Part shown: positions 46,898 to 58,371 of the stretch, piece by piece | How the letters are laid out: every line of letters starts with the position of its first letter | Position numbering within the stretch: position 1 is the stretch's first letter | Source: Picochlorum sp. SENEW3 | Taxonomy: Eukaryota | Reading direction: 5' to 3' | NCBI GenBank assembly: GCA_034226945.1 | Contig: CP120459.1 | Span: 496,001 to 560,000, forward strand | DNA length: 64,000 bases | The notes under the pieces: generated by a model | Told to the model about the DNA's origin: nothing | Seen by the model: only the letters and a program-made list of their open reading frames with translations | Databases searched by the model: none | Position numbers and translations under genes: made by a program

Positions 46898-48733
46898 ATG
46901 TCAACAACCATTCTTCCGTTGGGAAGAAGACGGGGCTCCATGGCTCTATTCGTCACTATTCTGATTCATTCATATGTAGTGATGTGTCATGGAGCTTCCA
47001 TGGGACTGCGGCAACCGTTTGCTATTGTGGAGCCTGTGGAGGGGCAGTCGAAACTGAAACTCAACCAAGAAGGGCTGTCCGTCTTGAAGCAAATGCGCGG
47101 GCCTATTGTCCCCGTTGTCGTGATTGGTCCATATAGATCTGGGAAGTCATTTACTTTGAATCAGTTGATGGAGGTTCCCTGTGACGAAGGATTCGGGGTG
47201 GGACATTCGAGGCATACGCAGACAAAGGGAATATGGGTGTGGGGGGAACCCCTCCAGTTGAAGACGGATGATGGAGAGACGCTGAACGTTTTATTCGTTG
47301 ATACGGAGGGTTTTGAAAGTACTGGGAAGGCAGATGTATATGATGATAGGATTTTTGCGTTGTCGACATTGATTAGTGAGATACTGATATATAATTTACC
47401 AGAGAGTATACGGGAGAGTGACTTGGAAAAGCTCTCCTTTGCAGCAGAGTTGGCAAAGGCTTTTTACGGAACGAATAGGTCCAATACGGTTCAACCGACG
47501 TCCATGATATGGCTTATTCAACGGGATTTTTTGGAGGGGGATTCGCTGCAAGAGACGTTGGAGAAGGCGTTGCGGCGGGTACCGAATCCTCACATGGATT
47601 CTGGGATTGCGCAATTGAATCATATACGGGAAGGGTTGGAAAAGATTTCAAAGAGCTCGACTGCGATTGGGCTACCACAGCCTCATTTAGATCGAACAAA
47701 GTTGTGTGATTTGGATGAAAAGGAGTTTGACCCGCATTATGTGAAGCAGAGAGATAGACTGAGGAATCTGGTGCGGGAGAAGGCAAGCCCCAAAAAGGTG
47801 GGAGGCAAGGCTTTGGATGGTGAGGGATTGGTTGACTTGATATCTCAGACTGTCACGGCATTGAATGAGAGGGAAATTCCAACGGCGGGATCGTTGGTGT
47901 ATTATTTCAATAAAGATTTGGTGGCCAAGTGCAAGGATATGTATGTTGATGACATGTCTGTTCAACAGCTTCCTATGGAGGAGAGTGAGATACGCAGCAG
48001 GTCTAACAGCGTCATGGACAAAGTGCTCCAAGTCTTTGATAAAGACAGGTTTGGCACAGACGTAGACGATTTAAAGGGAGAGCTGTCCCATGAATTAGAC
48101 GAAGAGCTGCAGAGTATCATGTCGGCAAATGAGCTTGCCTCAACCAAGGTGTGTGAACATGCAGAGATGGTGTGCGAAGAGACCATGGAGAAGGAGGCGA
48201 ATCAGGCATTGCCTTCAGCAAATAGATTTCGTAAAAAATATGAAGCATGCAGAAAGAATTTCGATACTCTGTGCGTTGGGCCAGGCAAGGACCACAATGT
48301 AGAAAGGCTTGAGCATGCATGGGCAAGGGAATTGTCCAGGTTTAATAAAGAATTCAATGACAAACTCCTCAATGGAATCATTTTTATATCCATAGCCCTC
48401 GTAGTTATATTTAGATTCGTCATTCGATGGGGCCTGGGTGAAACGATTGGCTGGATCATCTTTATTTTCCTGCAGGTGTATCCTAGAACATTTATAGGAA
48501 CATCTTCTAGCATGTTTGAGACGCAGGGCTGGAAGATGGTCACAAAAGCATGGGAAGCAGTCGTTGATAACCCTATAGTAGATCTTCAAGCATATGGGTT
48601 ACCTCTTGTAGCAGTATTCCTCGTTCTCTATGTGGCTAGGGCACGGATCAGACGTCTGATGTTCATGATGAGAACAAGAATGGTTGGGAGGAGGTTGTCA
48701 AAACGGCATGGACCCAAAGATTTGGATGTATAA
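46898..48733 (+). CDS. Guanylate-binding-protein/atlastin-like GTPase with N-terminal hydrophobic segment and C-terminal TMs
   Basis: GPYRSGKSF, TQTKGIWVW, DTEGF and WLIQRDF. Confidence 0.88.
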   Translation: MSTTILPLGRRRGSMALFVTILIHSYVVMCHGASMGLRQPFAIVEPVEGQSKLKLNQEGLSVLKQMRGPIVPVVVIGPYRSGKSFTLNQLMEVPCDEGFGVGHSRHTQTKGIWVWGEPLQLKTDDGETLNVLFVDTEGFESTGKADVYDDRIFALSTLISEILIYNLPESIRESDLEKLSFAAELAKAFYGTNRSNTVQPTSMIWLIQRDFLEGDSLQETLEKALRRVPNPHMDSGIAQLNHIREGLEKISKSSTAIGLPQPHLDRTKLCDLDEKEFDPHYVKQRDRLRNLVREKASPKKVGGKALDGEGLVDLISQTVTALNEREIPTAGSLVYYFNKDLVAKCKDMYVDDMSVQQLPMEESEIRSRSNSVMDKVLQVFDKDRFGTDVDDLKGELSHELDEELQSIMSANELASTKVCEHAEMVCEETMEKEANQALPSANRFRKKYEACRKNFDTLCVGPGKDHNVERLEHAWARELSRFNKEFNDKLLNGIIFISIALVVIFRFVIRWGLGETIGWIIFIFLQVYPRTFIGTSSSMFETQGWKMVTKAWEAVVDNPIVDLQAYGLPLVAVFLVLYVARARIRRLMFMMRTRMVGRRLSKRHGPKDLDV

Positions 48734-48865
48734 CTCATCACATTGTTTTTACATGTAAAATTGAATGACTGTGTGACGTTTCAGACGGAATACAATGAAT
48801 CAGACTGCTGGAAACCCGCCAAGAGAAGGGTGGAACTGTAAAAGACACTGGTTGTAGTAGACGCA

Positions 48866-51467
48866 ATGCCGTTTCTGCAGTTCAAATCTTTGATACCCAA
48901 CATTTACAGCATATTCTCTACCCGAGAGAAGTTCTCGGTGGGTGAATTGCGGCGGTTGCACGGGATTCTTCTGAAACCTCTCAACAAATTTGATGTATCC
49001 AGTAGGACGGAGTACATTGAAGCATTGCGGAGCATTGCTGAGATCATCATATGGTATGAATGAGTTTCTAGTGTATGCCAGCGAGTGTGATGGGTGAATC
49101 TTAATGGCACACGTGTGTGTAGGGGTGACCAGCATGATCCAGAGATTGTAGAGTACTTTTTGGATCAGAATATTCTGGGGTATTTTGGGCTGATTTTGGA
49201 AGATCCAGGGAATCGAAAAGGTGATGTCGCGATCCAGATACTACAGGTATGAATGCGCTCAAGTGATATGTCTCTGGATACCCTGCAGGTGATGATGATG
49301 TCTTGTGTGTGTGTAGACTCTGAGCATTTTGATTCAAAACATAGGAGAGAAGGAGACGATATACTGCCTTTTTTCCAATAATCAGATTAATAAAATTGCA
49401 TCGATGCGCTTCAATTTCGAAGATGATGAAGTACTGGGACTGTATGTGAATTTGTTGAAGACTATTTCATTAAAGTTGGATGAACATACTGTACAATTTT
49501 TTTTGGTGCATCCTTCGTCAAAGCAAGGCAGGTTGAGGTTTCCTTTATACTCTGAAGCTCTAAAGTTTGGAACTAGTAAAGATGGAATGGTTCGGGCTGC
49601 AGTGAGGAATCTTACCTTGAATGCTTTCACAATCCCATCCATTTCTCTCCGCAGTTACTTTGGAGAAGAGGAGACACGGGATTTCTTTGATCATGTTTCG
49701 TCCGAGTTAAGGGATACATATAAACAGCTGGACCAATGTTTGCGATCTAAATCGTCGAACGGAGCCCAGGTAGAGCAGATGTTATCGTACATTGATGATG
49801 AATTCACATATTTCAATGATGTATGGTCAACAAATATACCAATGCTGCGATCTGTTGTGCTGCGATACTTTTGGAAATCGTGCATCCTTGATATTATTTT
49901 GGCGGGTTTGTTGAAAAAGAGGGGTTCATCCATGTACCATATTAGCCAACTGGCAGTGCTTTGCATCTTGGAGACGTTCTTCTCGTCAATTGAAAATCGT
50001 TCATTGCAAACACTTTTGGCATCAATTTTGCTTGGAGGAGACTCAGTCGGCATTGCAGATGAAATTATTGTTGAACTCAAGGGTGATTCGGATTTTGAAA
50101 AGGATATGCTGTCTGTCAAAGATTTGGTGGTGAGCACCAATATGGAACAAGCACAAGCAGTGCGTGACGTATTGCTTTCTTCTCTGAAACACCATGATCC
50201 TCACATCGTCAATGGAGCAGTGCGCTTAATAACAAGCATCGCTGCTAATAGTAGCATATCAGAGGAGGTCTTGTCCACGATTGGTTTGGTGTTTGTAGAG
50301 AGAGGGGAAGAAGAGGTTCCAACGAGGCAGAGCACACCATCTCCAAATCATCATTTGCAGAGGAGGACCCCATCCCCAACGATGCCAGCTGATAGAGTGG
50401 ATTCGTATCCAATGAGGCACTCGGAGATTTTTGAAAGCATTGCTTCGGCATCATTTGGTGATCGATTTGGAGAAATAGTGGAGGCTATGTTCAGTATTGT
50501 TCAGGTGCCAAACATTTGTCCTCTGACATTGATGGCAACAACATGGAGCCTGGCACACATGGCTGCGCCTGACGTGCACATTTTGAAAACATATTGTGAC
50601 TCAAATGTATTGCAAGATATGATGCATATCCACTGTGATATGTTGTTGCAACTCGTTTCAACAGGGCAGTGGGCTGATGGTATCCCAATGATGATGAAAT
50701 TCTACTGGAAGAAACATAGACAAATGTATCAGAAGAAAACCTTTGCGAGTATGAGATCTTGTGTCCTTTCATGGGAATTCTCCAATTTCTTGCAGAGATC
50801 TGGAAAGGTAGCGCAAGAGAAGAAGAGGGATTTAAAGGTTGACCTCAAAATGTGCTTACTGACAGTCATGAGCCTTGTCTCCACCATGCAGCTACGCCAA
50901 CTTGTCAACCAAGGGCATATAGACGAGGAATTCCCTTTCCATGGACCCATGGAGACGAGTTGGGTAAAACTCAAAGACAAAGAACCCAAAGAAGGCGACC
51001 TTGTGAACCCAAGTGGCACCACACCTTGCCACATGTTCAATCAGAGCAACACCATGTGTGATTTGTTGCTCAAGCTAGAAACATCATCCAACCCAGATGA
51101 TGCGTGGTATGACAAAGTAGTTGCGGTAGTTTTATTAGACGATAATTCCAATAGCCTTACAGAGCCACAGAAAGTAGTAGCAGTGGCACCAGCAGCATCT
51201 GCCCAGCCAACGAATGACAAGAAGAGTGCCACCCTCATGCATGTCGCTGTGAGGCCCCCACTCTCCACTGTTCTCAAGGCAATCACATTAGCGCCAAGCG
51301 GTGCAGATTTTTCCACATTAGATCATTGTATTTCATCCGAGAATTGGAGTGTTTCTTTTGTATCGACCGAAGATTGCTTATTGACGCACAATCTCTTGAA
51401 ACAGGTGATTGAAGATCTCCGAGAGCGCTCCACCAAGTACATTATCGATATCAAATCAACACTGTAA
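48866..51467 (+). CDS. CLEC16A/TT9 (FPL domain) protein (3 exons)
   Basis: EALRSIAEIIIW|GDQHD, QILQ|TLSILIQN, YVNLLKTISLKL, FPLY and MVRAAVRNLTLN. Confidence 0.88.
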
Positions 51468-51541
51468 CAAAGCATGCTTTTTTTCCCTCTTCTTCTTTTT
51501 CGGTTCTCACATAAACAGATACACGAAAGCAAACAATCAAA

Positions 51542-52891
51542 TCAATACTTGGTCTTGGAAGACCGTCGGAATAAATCATCCTCATCTGCATTGCCCTTTC
51601 TCTTGCCCTTCTTCTTGGAATCAGCTTCCTTCATTTGCATGGTAGCAATACGCTGCGCCTCCGACACCCTTTCAACGAACAACAACACAGAATCCTGCTC
51701 CGTCGGATACAATTCCAGTTTTAAACCAATCAAAGCCTCAATCTTCTGTATCATCTCCACATCATACTGCGTAATAATTGTGATGGCCCTCCCGCTCCTG
51801 CCTGCTCTAGCAGTTCTGCCGACCCTATGCACGTAATCCTTCGAGTTAATAGGAACATCATAATTCACCACGATATCCACAGAAGGAATATCTAATCCTC
51901 TGGAGGCGACATCCGTCGCCACCAAAAGCTGCCGATCCCCAGCCTTGAATTTATTCAGTGCTGCCAACCGCTTGGGCTGACTCATCTGGCCATGAATAGG
52001 AATAGCTCCAAACCCGAGATTCCTCAGCATCAATGAAATCCGTCGCGTTGATTCACACGTCCGTGTAAATATCATCCCGCTCGATCCAGCTAATTCGGTG
52101 AGCAAAAACGTCAAATAACAATCCTTGAATTTTGCAGGAACAAACAGGTATTGCTGCCGCAGCGTCTCCACCGTGGAATACTTGGCTGCCACCTCAACCT
52201 TGACAGGATCCTGCAAGCACGCCCTCTGCAGCTTTGCAACTTTATTCGTCATAGTTGCAGAAAACAACTGCGTCCGCCGATTCCTCGGAATAACCTTTAA
52301 AATCTGATCAATCTCTTGTTCAAAATCCATATTCAACAGCCTATCAGCCTCATCCAACACCAAATGCTTCAGCGTCTTCAGAGAAAACCCCTTTGTATTC
52401 GTCAAATGATCAACCACACGACCAGGAGTCCCCACAATCACATGTGGCCTCTTTGCCAGACTCATCGTCTGCGCCATCATATCAATACCCCCCACCAGCA
52501 CAGCACACTTGACACCAATCCCAGCACCCAAAGCTTCAAATTGCTGCGCAATCTGAATAGCCAATTCACGTGTTGGGGATAAAATTAAAGTAAACATAGC
52601 TTGAGGCTTATCCAAAAGAGCCTGTAAAATAGGAAGAGCGAATGCACCAGTCTTGCCTGAACCAGTCTGAGCCAAACCAATCACGTCCCTGTTCTGAAGC
52701 ACCAAGGGCACGGCCTGCTCCTGTATACTACTCGGACTCTTCCACCCAAGAGACACCGCTGCTTCAGCCAAATCTCTGCAAATACCTAATTTTTCAAATG
52801 CAGCTACGCTTGTCTCTTTGTCATTCCCTCCACGACCACCGCTCGCATTCTTCGTCTGACATGCATCGTCCTTTGGCACCGCAGAGGACAT
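51542..52891 (-). CDS. DDX47: DEAD-box RNA helicase DDX47/Rrp3
   Basis: [25 protein letters not shown] and [10 protein letters not shown]. Confidence 0.93.
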   Translation of the reverse strand: MSSAVPKDDACQTKNASGGRGGNDKETSVAAFEKLGICRDLAEAAVSLGWKSPSSIQEQAVPLVLQNRDVIGLAQTGSGKTGAFALPILQALLDKPQAMFTLILSPTRELAIQIAQQFEALGAGIGVKCAVLVGGIDMMAQTMSLAKRPHVIVGTPGRVVDHLTNTKGFSLKTLKHLVLDEADRLLNMDFEQEIDQILKVIPRNRRTQLFSATMTNKVAKLQRACLQDPVKVEVAAKYSTVETLRQQYLFVPAKFKDCYLTFLLTELAGSSGMIFTRTCESTRRISLMLRNLGFGAIPIHGQMSQPKRLAALNKFKAGDRQLLVATDVASRGLDIPSVDIVVNYDVPINSKDYVHRVGRTARAGRSGRAITIITQYDVEMIQKIEALIGLKLELYPTEQDSVLLFVERVSEAQRIATMQMKEADSKKKGKRKGNADEDDLFRRSSKTKY

Positions 52892-53002
52892 TCTCTTCTT
52901 TCGTTCTTTAACAACAGTACAATAACAAATTAATGGTTTATTTATAAATCTCTACATGTATTTGGGAATAAGTTCCATTATTCCCATGTAGTGGATGGAT
53001 GA

Positions 53003-54061
53003 TCATTCATTGGGAGGCAAACTCTCCAAACTCCTCCTATTGAATTCAGCCTCTGCTTGAATCCTATCCAACAGACCTTTACTCGACATGGTCCAAGGCA
53101 ACGATCGTAGAGCTTTCTCAACCTCATTATAGCTCGGCTGTGTATCAGTCGTCAGAATCGTCGTCATATCCTGTGGCCCACGAACAACAAAAATCTGCCA
53201 CCCATACGGATAGGTGTACATCCACCTCGTATCATCCCCATTAATTCTCAACTGTTTTACAATATAAACATCCTGGAAGCTCTTCACCAGCTCCATGGCA
53301 GGCTTTCTGACCCAAGGCAGCACGCCAAAATCACTAATCACCTGTCCTGATGTGGTCCACTGAGGATTTGCAATAATCACCAATCCATTCTTTCTTGCCT
53401 CGGCAATCTTCCTCAACTCTCCAACAGTTTCTGCTGTTGGAAACAGTACCAAACCTAACGCATCACCCGTCCAAGCACCAACAGCATCGGCATCATCGAT
53501 AATCTTGCCAGACAAGGGCCCTTCCAGACCAGGAAGATTCTTCATCTGCACCAACAAGTCTTCTACCATTGGCTGAGCAGCTTTAAACTGCTGTCTGATA
53601 CCTCCTGGCCAGTCATCCAGATCCGTTGCTCCAATTAATGGAAGAATGATCTCAATCCTTTGGCGAGAGATCCCATTCTTCCAAGCTGCCTGGCAAGCCT
53701 TGTAGGCTTGCTTGACAATCTCCGCACTACTGCGGGGAAATGTCGGCGCAGTGGTATCTGCACCATCAGTCTCACCCATAGCCCGCAGAGTGTCCAAACC
53801 CCCACTCGACTGATGTGTACACATCAAGTGTGTCAAAGACATGGATTCATGTCGTCGCTCAAGCCCATATCTGGCACTGCTGCTGATATATGATCGCCTA
53901 TTGATTCTTGCATCATGGTGATGAGCAGATGCTTGAATTCGTACTCCACCATTGGAAGACGAGTATAGACGAGGCAGGGGAGGAGTCAAACAACAACTAC
54001 TACTACTACTACTGCTTCTGCTACTGTAGGAGCAACAGCAGGTGATTTTCATTGGCATCAT
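53003..54061 (-). CDS. Plastid DUF1995-family protein
   Basis: Ser-rich transit peptide, LPLIGATDLDDWPGGIRQQF and YPYGWQ. Confidence 0.78.
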   Translation of the reverse strand: MMPMKITCCCSYSSRSSSSSSSCCLTPPLPRLYSSSNGGVRIQASAHHHDARINRRSYISSSARYGLERRHESMSLTHLMCTHQSSGGLDTLRAMGETDGADTTAPTFPRSSAEIVKQAYKACQAAWKNGISRQRIEIILPLIGATDLDDWPGGIRQQFKAAQPMVEDLLVQMKNLPGLEGPLSGKIIDDADAVGAWTGDALGLVLFPTAETVGELRKIAEARKNGLVIIANPQWTTSGQVISDFGVLPWVRKPAMELVKSFQDVYIVKQLRINGDDTRWMYTYPYGWQIFVVRGPQDMTTILTTDTQPSYNEVEKALRSLPWTMSSKGLLDRIQAEAEFNRRSLESLPPNE

Positions 54062-54276
54062 GCTGATGATTCCAACAATACTATATACTGTGTTGTTGTA
54101 CTCCTGTGTCAACAGCTATTCTCCCGTCTTTTTAGTGGCGCGATCTTTGTGTCTGATAATCTCATGAGATGAATCAATCTCGATAAGGTTTGCCAAGTTC
54201 CTGAAAATGCCCTTTTTCCATCCATCTCTTTGATGTACTACTAGAAGATATATAAATACATCTTTACAGGTAAAAA

Positions 54277-55530
54277 ATGGTTGCATCACAGGCAATGAGG
54301 GTGCTCCAGAGCAGCAACCATGTGTGCAAAGCACATGGTCGAATGGCACATGTCGCCTTGCATCATTCACGGTATACTGAATCACAGATCAGTACAGCAA
54401 AGCACAGATGCCATCAGATGAAAAGGAATACGCCCTCAATTCTGTCGCTCAACGGACCCAGAGTGGTGTGTGCTGCTTCGAATGGCCAAGACACTGCATC
54501 AGATTACAGAACCAAGGACGAATCGGACATTAGAGTGCTGGTTGTCGGGGCGACGGGATACATAGGAAAGTTTGTGGTCAGAGAATTGGTAAATAGAGGG
54601 TACCAGGTTGTTGCGTTTTGTAGAGAGAAGAGTGGGATTGGAGGGAAGCAGGGTATGGAGGATACCATCAAGGAATTCCCTGGGGCAGAGGTTGTCTTTG
54701 GGGATGTCACGGACATGGCGTCGCTTGACAGCGTGGGATTCAAAAATCCAGTTGACGTGGTTGTATCGTGTCTGGCGAGTAGGACGGGTGGCATTAAGGA
54801 CTCCAATCTGATTGATTATCAGGCCACCGCGAATGCCATGAATGCAGGAAGGAAGAATGGGGCACAGCACTTTGTTCTCCTCTCTGCTATTTGCGTGCAA
54901 AAGCCTCTGCTCGAATTCCAACGAGCGAAATTAAAGTTTGAAAAAGAATTGATGGAGGCGGGAGATATTTCATATTCCATCGTGAGACCCACGGCCTTTT
55001 TCAAGTCATTGGCAGCCCAGGTCCAACTTGTCAAGGAAGGCAAGCCCTATGTCATGTTTGGAGATGGCACCCTGGCTGCCTGCAAGCCCATCTCTGAGAG
55101 AGATCTCGCATCCTTTATTGCGGATTGTGTCAAGCAAGAAGATTTGAAGAACAAGGTTTTGCCGATTGGTGGTCCTGGAGAAGCCCTGACAGCTTTAGAT
55201 CAGGGAAATATGCTCTTTAGGATTACTGGTCGCAACCCGTGGTTCTTCCCTGTGCCCGTGGCTGTGATGGATGGTGCTATTGGGTTGTTCGATTGGCTCG
55301 CGAGTATTTTCCCTCAGTTGGAAGATTCAGCTGAATTTGCAAAGATTGGAAAGTATTATGCGGTTGAAAGTATGCTTGCACTTGATCCAAAGACTGGAGA
55401 ATACTCGGCCGACTTGACCCCGAGCTATGGCAATGACACCCTGGAAGACTTTTTCAAACAAGCTGTCGAGGAAGGTCTTAAAGGACAGGAATTGGGGGAT
55501 GCTGCTGTGTTTGGAATTAACAAGGAATAA
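54277..55530 (+). CDS. DVR: Divinyl chlorophyllide a 8-vinyl reductase
   Basis: GATGYIG, SCLASRTGG, LSAICVQKPLLEFQRAKL and RPTAFFKSL. Confidence 0.94.
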   Translation: MVASQAMRVLQSSNHVCKAHGRMAHVALHHSRYTESQISTAKHRCHQMKRNTPSILSLNGPRVVCAASNGQDTASDYRTKDESDIRVLVVGATGYIGKFVVRELVNRGYQVVAFCREKSGIGGKQGMEDTIKEFPGAEVVFGDVTDMASLDSVGFKNPVDVVVSCLASRTGGIKDSNLIDYQATANAMNAGRKNGAQHFVLLSAICVQKPLLEFQRAKLKFEKELMEAGDISYSIVRPTAFFKSLAAQVQLVKEGKPYVMFGDGTLAACKPISERDLASFIADCVKQEDLKNKVLPIGGPGEALTALDQGNMLFRITGRNPWFFPVPVAVMDGAIGLFDWLASIFPQLEDSAEFAKIGKYYAVESMLALDPKTGEYSADLTPSYGNDTLEDFFKQAVEEGLKGQELGDAAVFGINKE

Positions 55531-55570
55531 AATTAATCAATTGTAAGAGATACTATATATATACGTAGAA

Positions 55571-56134
55571 ATGATCGAGGCGAAGATCGAATTGCAAACT
55601 CCTCAACCAAAGGGAGCCTTTTTCAGACCATCCAAAGTATCTTCATTTTATGGATCACATATTGCACCACCTCAATTGAAATTGGGACGGTCGGCGTCGC
55701 ATACGGTGCTTCCTTCGTTCTCGACAGATTTGAAAATTTCAAATTCTCGGGAATCGGGAAAGCGACCTCGTCGGGACTATGAGATCTTTAGAGAGGAAGA
55801 GAGAAAGGAAATTATTGCATCTTGTCCAGAGTTGATGTCGGATTTTGACGAGGGGGTTTTCCGTGCTGCGGCAAAGGCCATGTACTCTGGACTGGACACT
55901 CAGAAGAAGATGGTATACAGGACCAAGGCTGCCCAAGAACGGGAGGCTGTGGCGAGTTTGGTGGGTTTGAAACATGATTCAAAGGCGAAGACCAAGAAGA
56001 CGACGACGAAGAAGAAGAAGACTGTGCAGAAGAGGAAGAAGGTTGGTTCTAGACGAGCGTCGAGGGTGCAGCTCAAAGAAGAGCACCCCACTCGTACCAG
56101 CCCACGGCTGGTGGCGATGAAAACAAAGAAATAA
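55571..56134 (+). CDS. Small basic protein with an HMG-box-like segment
   Basis: KRPRRDYEIFREEER...AKAMYSGLDTQKKMVYRTKAAQER followed by a Lys-rich tail. Confidence 0.55.
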   Translation: MIEAKIELQTPQPKGAFFRPSKVSSFYGSHIAPPQLKLGRSASHTVLPSFSTDLKISNSRESGKRPRRDYEIFREEERKEIIASCPELMSDFDEGVFRAAAKAMYSGLDTQKKMVYRTKAAQEREAVASLVGLKHDSKAKTKKTTTKKKKTVQKRKKVGSRRASRVQLKEEHPTRTSPRLVAMKTKK

Positions 56135-56195
56135 TGTATTACCTATTAAACATGGTTGACTATTATTATATAGGAGTATGTAGACGCGATATGAA

Positions 56196-57155
56196 TCATG
56201 CAATATAGGCAAACAAGAGAAGGAATAGTATCATCTGCATGGATTGTAAAACTCCAAGACTTGTCACCGTCTCGCCATCCATGCTCTCTCCTGTAGTATC
56301 ATCTATGAACATTGATTGTGTCATTTTATAACAAGATAGATTCGTTAAGACACTCTGAGCCCCTTCTGCTGGGTAGTCATACATTTGCCACGTGTTGCCA
56401 TTGCTATCCCTGAGCTGCACAATAATGCAGTCATTTCCAACGAGATATGCTGTTTTGGTCTCATTTGTTGTGGGTATAATTTCCTCATATACCCATCCTT
56501 TCGGCCAATATACAGATTTGAGGTTGCGCAACCAAGCCTCATAATCTCTCATGGCTGTGGCTGCACTTTGCAGTGCCCAGAGGCAACCCAATTCATCTCG
56601 TACTGTTGCCATCCACGGAGGGCCGTATTCTATATTTCTACACTCATTCAGAACAATTATAGTGACAGTTCCACGCTCTTGGGAACTCTCTACGCCCGGA
56701 CCATTCGGATACTTTCCACTGCAAATAGCGTTTCCAGACACATCCCACGTCTTGGCAAAAATGTCTTGGGTTTCAACACACCCTTGTGTGCAGCTCGCTG
56801 AAACCCCGGGAGAGCGTGAGAGGCAACTCGATTGTACACCTGGAGGACTAAATTGTGCAGCAGCTGCGTATATGTCGGATTCTGGCAAGGAAGAAGCCGA
56901 CCACGGCCCTGTATATCGAGTCATATTTGCTAGGTCTGTGAGAACCGTCTGTACATCTGTGTTTCCATCCCCCGAACAATTCAAAGCGATTGGACCACAT
57001 ACTACATCATCCTGGCGACATTCGAGAATCCCTCGGATATCAATCTGCTCGTTTGCGGTGCTCCTATCAAGGGCGTCTTGCTCGCTATGGACACGTGTGA
57101 ACAGACAGGGACAGAGGAGAAGGGACACTATGACATGTACTATTCTCGCCCTCAT
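56196..57155 (-). CDS. Secreted Cys-rich protein, possibly GPI- or membrane-anchored, unknown family
   Basis: Signal peptide, multiple Cys and a hydrophobic C-terminus. Confidence 0.7.
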   Translation of the reverse strand: MRARIVHVIVSLLLCPCLFTRVHSEQDALDRSTANEQIDIRGILECRQDDVVCGPIALNCSGDGNTDVQTVLTDLANMTRYTGPWSASSLPESDIYAAAAQFSPPGVQSSCLSRSPGVSASCTQGCVETQDIFAKTWDVSGNAICSGKYPNGPGVESSQERGTVTIIVLNECRNIEYGPPWMATVRDELGCLWALQSAATAMRDYEAWLRNLKSVYWPKGWVYEEIIPTTNETKTAYLVGNDCIIVQLRDSNGNTWQMYDYPAEGAQSVLTNLSCYKMTQSMFIDDTTGESMDGETVTSLGVLQSMQMILFLLLFAYIA

Positions 57156-57500
57156 CTTCCCCACTCTATTTTCTATTTTACGATTCAAAAGAAAGTATCG
57201 TCGTATAGTCGCTGATCTTTCTGAAAACAGAAGTTGAGGTTCAGGGAATTTTCATCGCAACACGGATTACGCTACTCTTTCGTTATGCAGCTGCATGCAG
57301 GGGGTACACGGCGCCACCCGCCAAGCATGACCTCCAGGGTCCAATCCGGATTGATCCTCCAAGATATGTACTTCGCATGGTTCACCACGCCATCATTGAT
57401 CAATCAATCAAAGACGATACTGTTCTATTACATGTACATTTACATAGAATACATCAGAAGAAGAAGCATAACAAGCAAGCATAGATCTCTTGCACTACTA

Positions 57501-58175
57501 CTAGTTTTGGTAAAAATCCCCTAGAGCCCTCTCCATCTCACCCTACACATGACGAGTAATATACAAACACATGTTGATGCACACCATCTATATATAATAT
57601 AGAAGCAGAAAGTCATAATAAAAAACGCACATCTATCGCCTCCAACATATCCTTGGTCATACAAACTGCATCCTTCATACCCTGAACAGCAGAAATCTGT
57701 GAATCCGTCTGACAATGTATTGATATTTCTTCTCTATGCACAGGATGCTTCTGAGCATACTGTGCAATCGCTACATGAGGGCTGCACATCATACATACAC
57801 ATCAGTTATCATCACTAAACTCGTGCATTCTATCATGCAAGTATAGCAGCAGCAGACCACGTACTGAGACCACAACACACTGCTTAGCATAGTCCCCAAG
57901 GTATGATCTGCAATATATAGCTCTCATACATGAGCATCACATATGATGGAACAGACACATCTTGTATCTAGTATGAAGAGAAGACACAACTCTCTTTCTT
58001 TCTTCTATAGACTGACAAGAAGAAGAACAAGAACAGGTCATACCTTCATCCTCCACTCGTAAGACTATTGAACGCGAATCTCCCTCTGCATAAATAAATA
58101 TATAAATAATTATTTTGATTTTATGGATACAGATTCAGAAACAATCGCAGATAGTCTCCAGGACTCACCTTGCAT
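57501..58175 (-). CDS. Divergent RNA polymerase RpoL/RPB11/AC19-like subunit, copy A (5 exons, ~94 aa)
   Basis: Manual GT-AG splicing gives MQEGDSRSIVLRVEDEDHTLGTMLSSVLWSHPHVAIAQYAQKHPVHREEISIHCQTDSQISAVQGMKDAVCMTKDMLEAIDGEMERALGDFYQN. Confidence 0.78.
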
Positions 58176-58371
58176 GGCTAATGTCTCAGAGTTTCACAGT
58201 CGCAGTCTTTGTTTCTATTATTCAATTCGCATGATATCACATCTAAAATATATATATTTTTACAAATAATTCATTATTGGTAATACCCGTCAACGCATGT
58301 TCGACAGAATCATGTTGCATTTTACATCAACAACAATCAGAGCCATATGCATGTTTTGAAAACAAGAAAAA

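Noticed and set aside
52963..52986. Hairpin tgggaataa/ttattccca
   Set aside because: Single AT-rich dyad with no second copy seen; bacterial-type terminator logic does not apply here.
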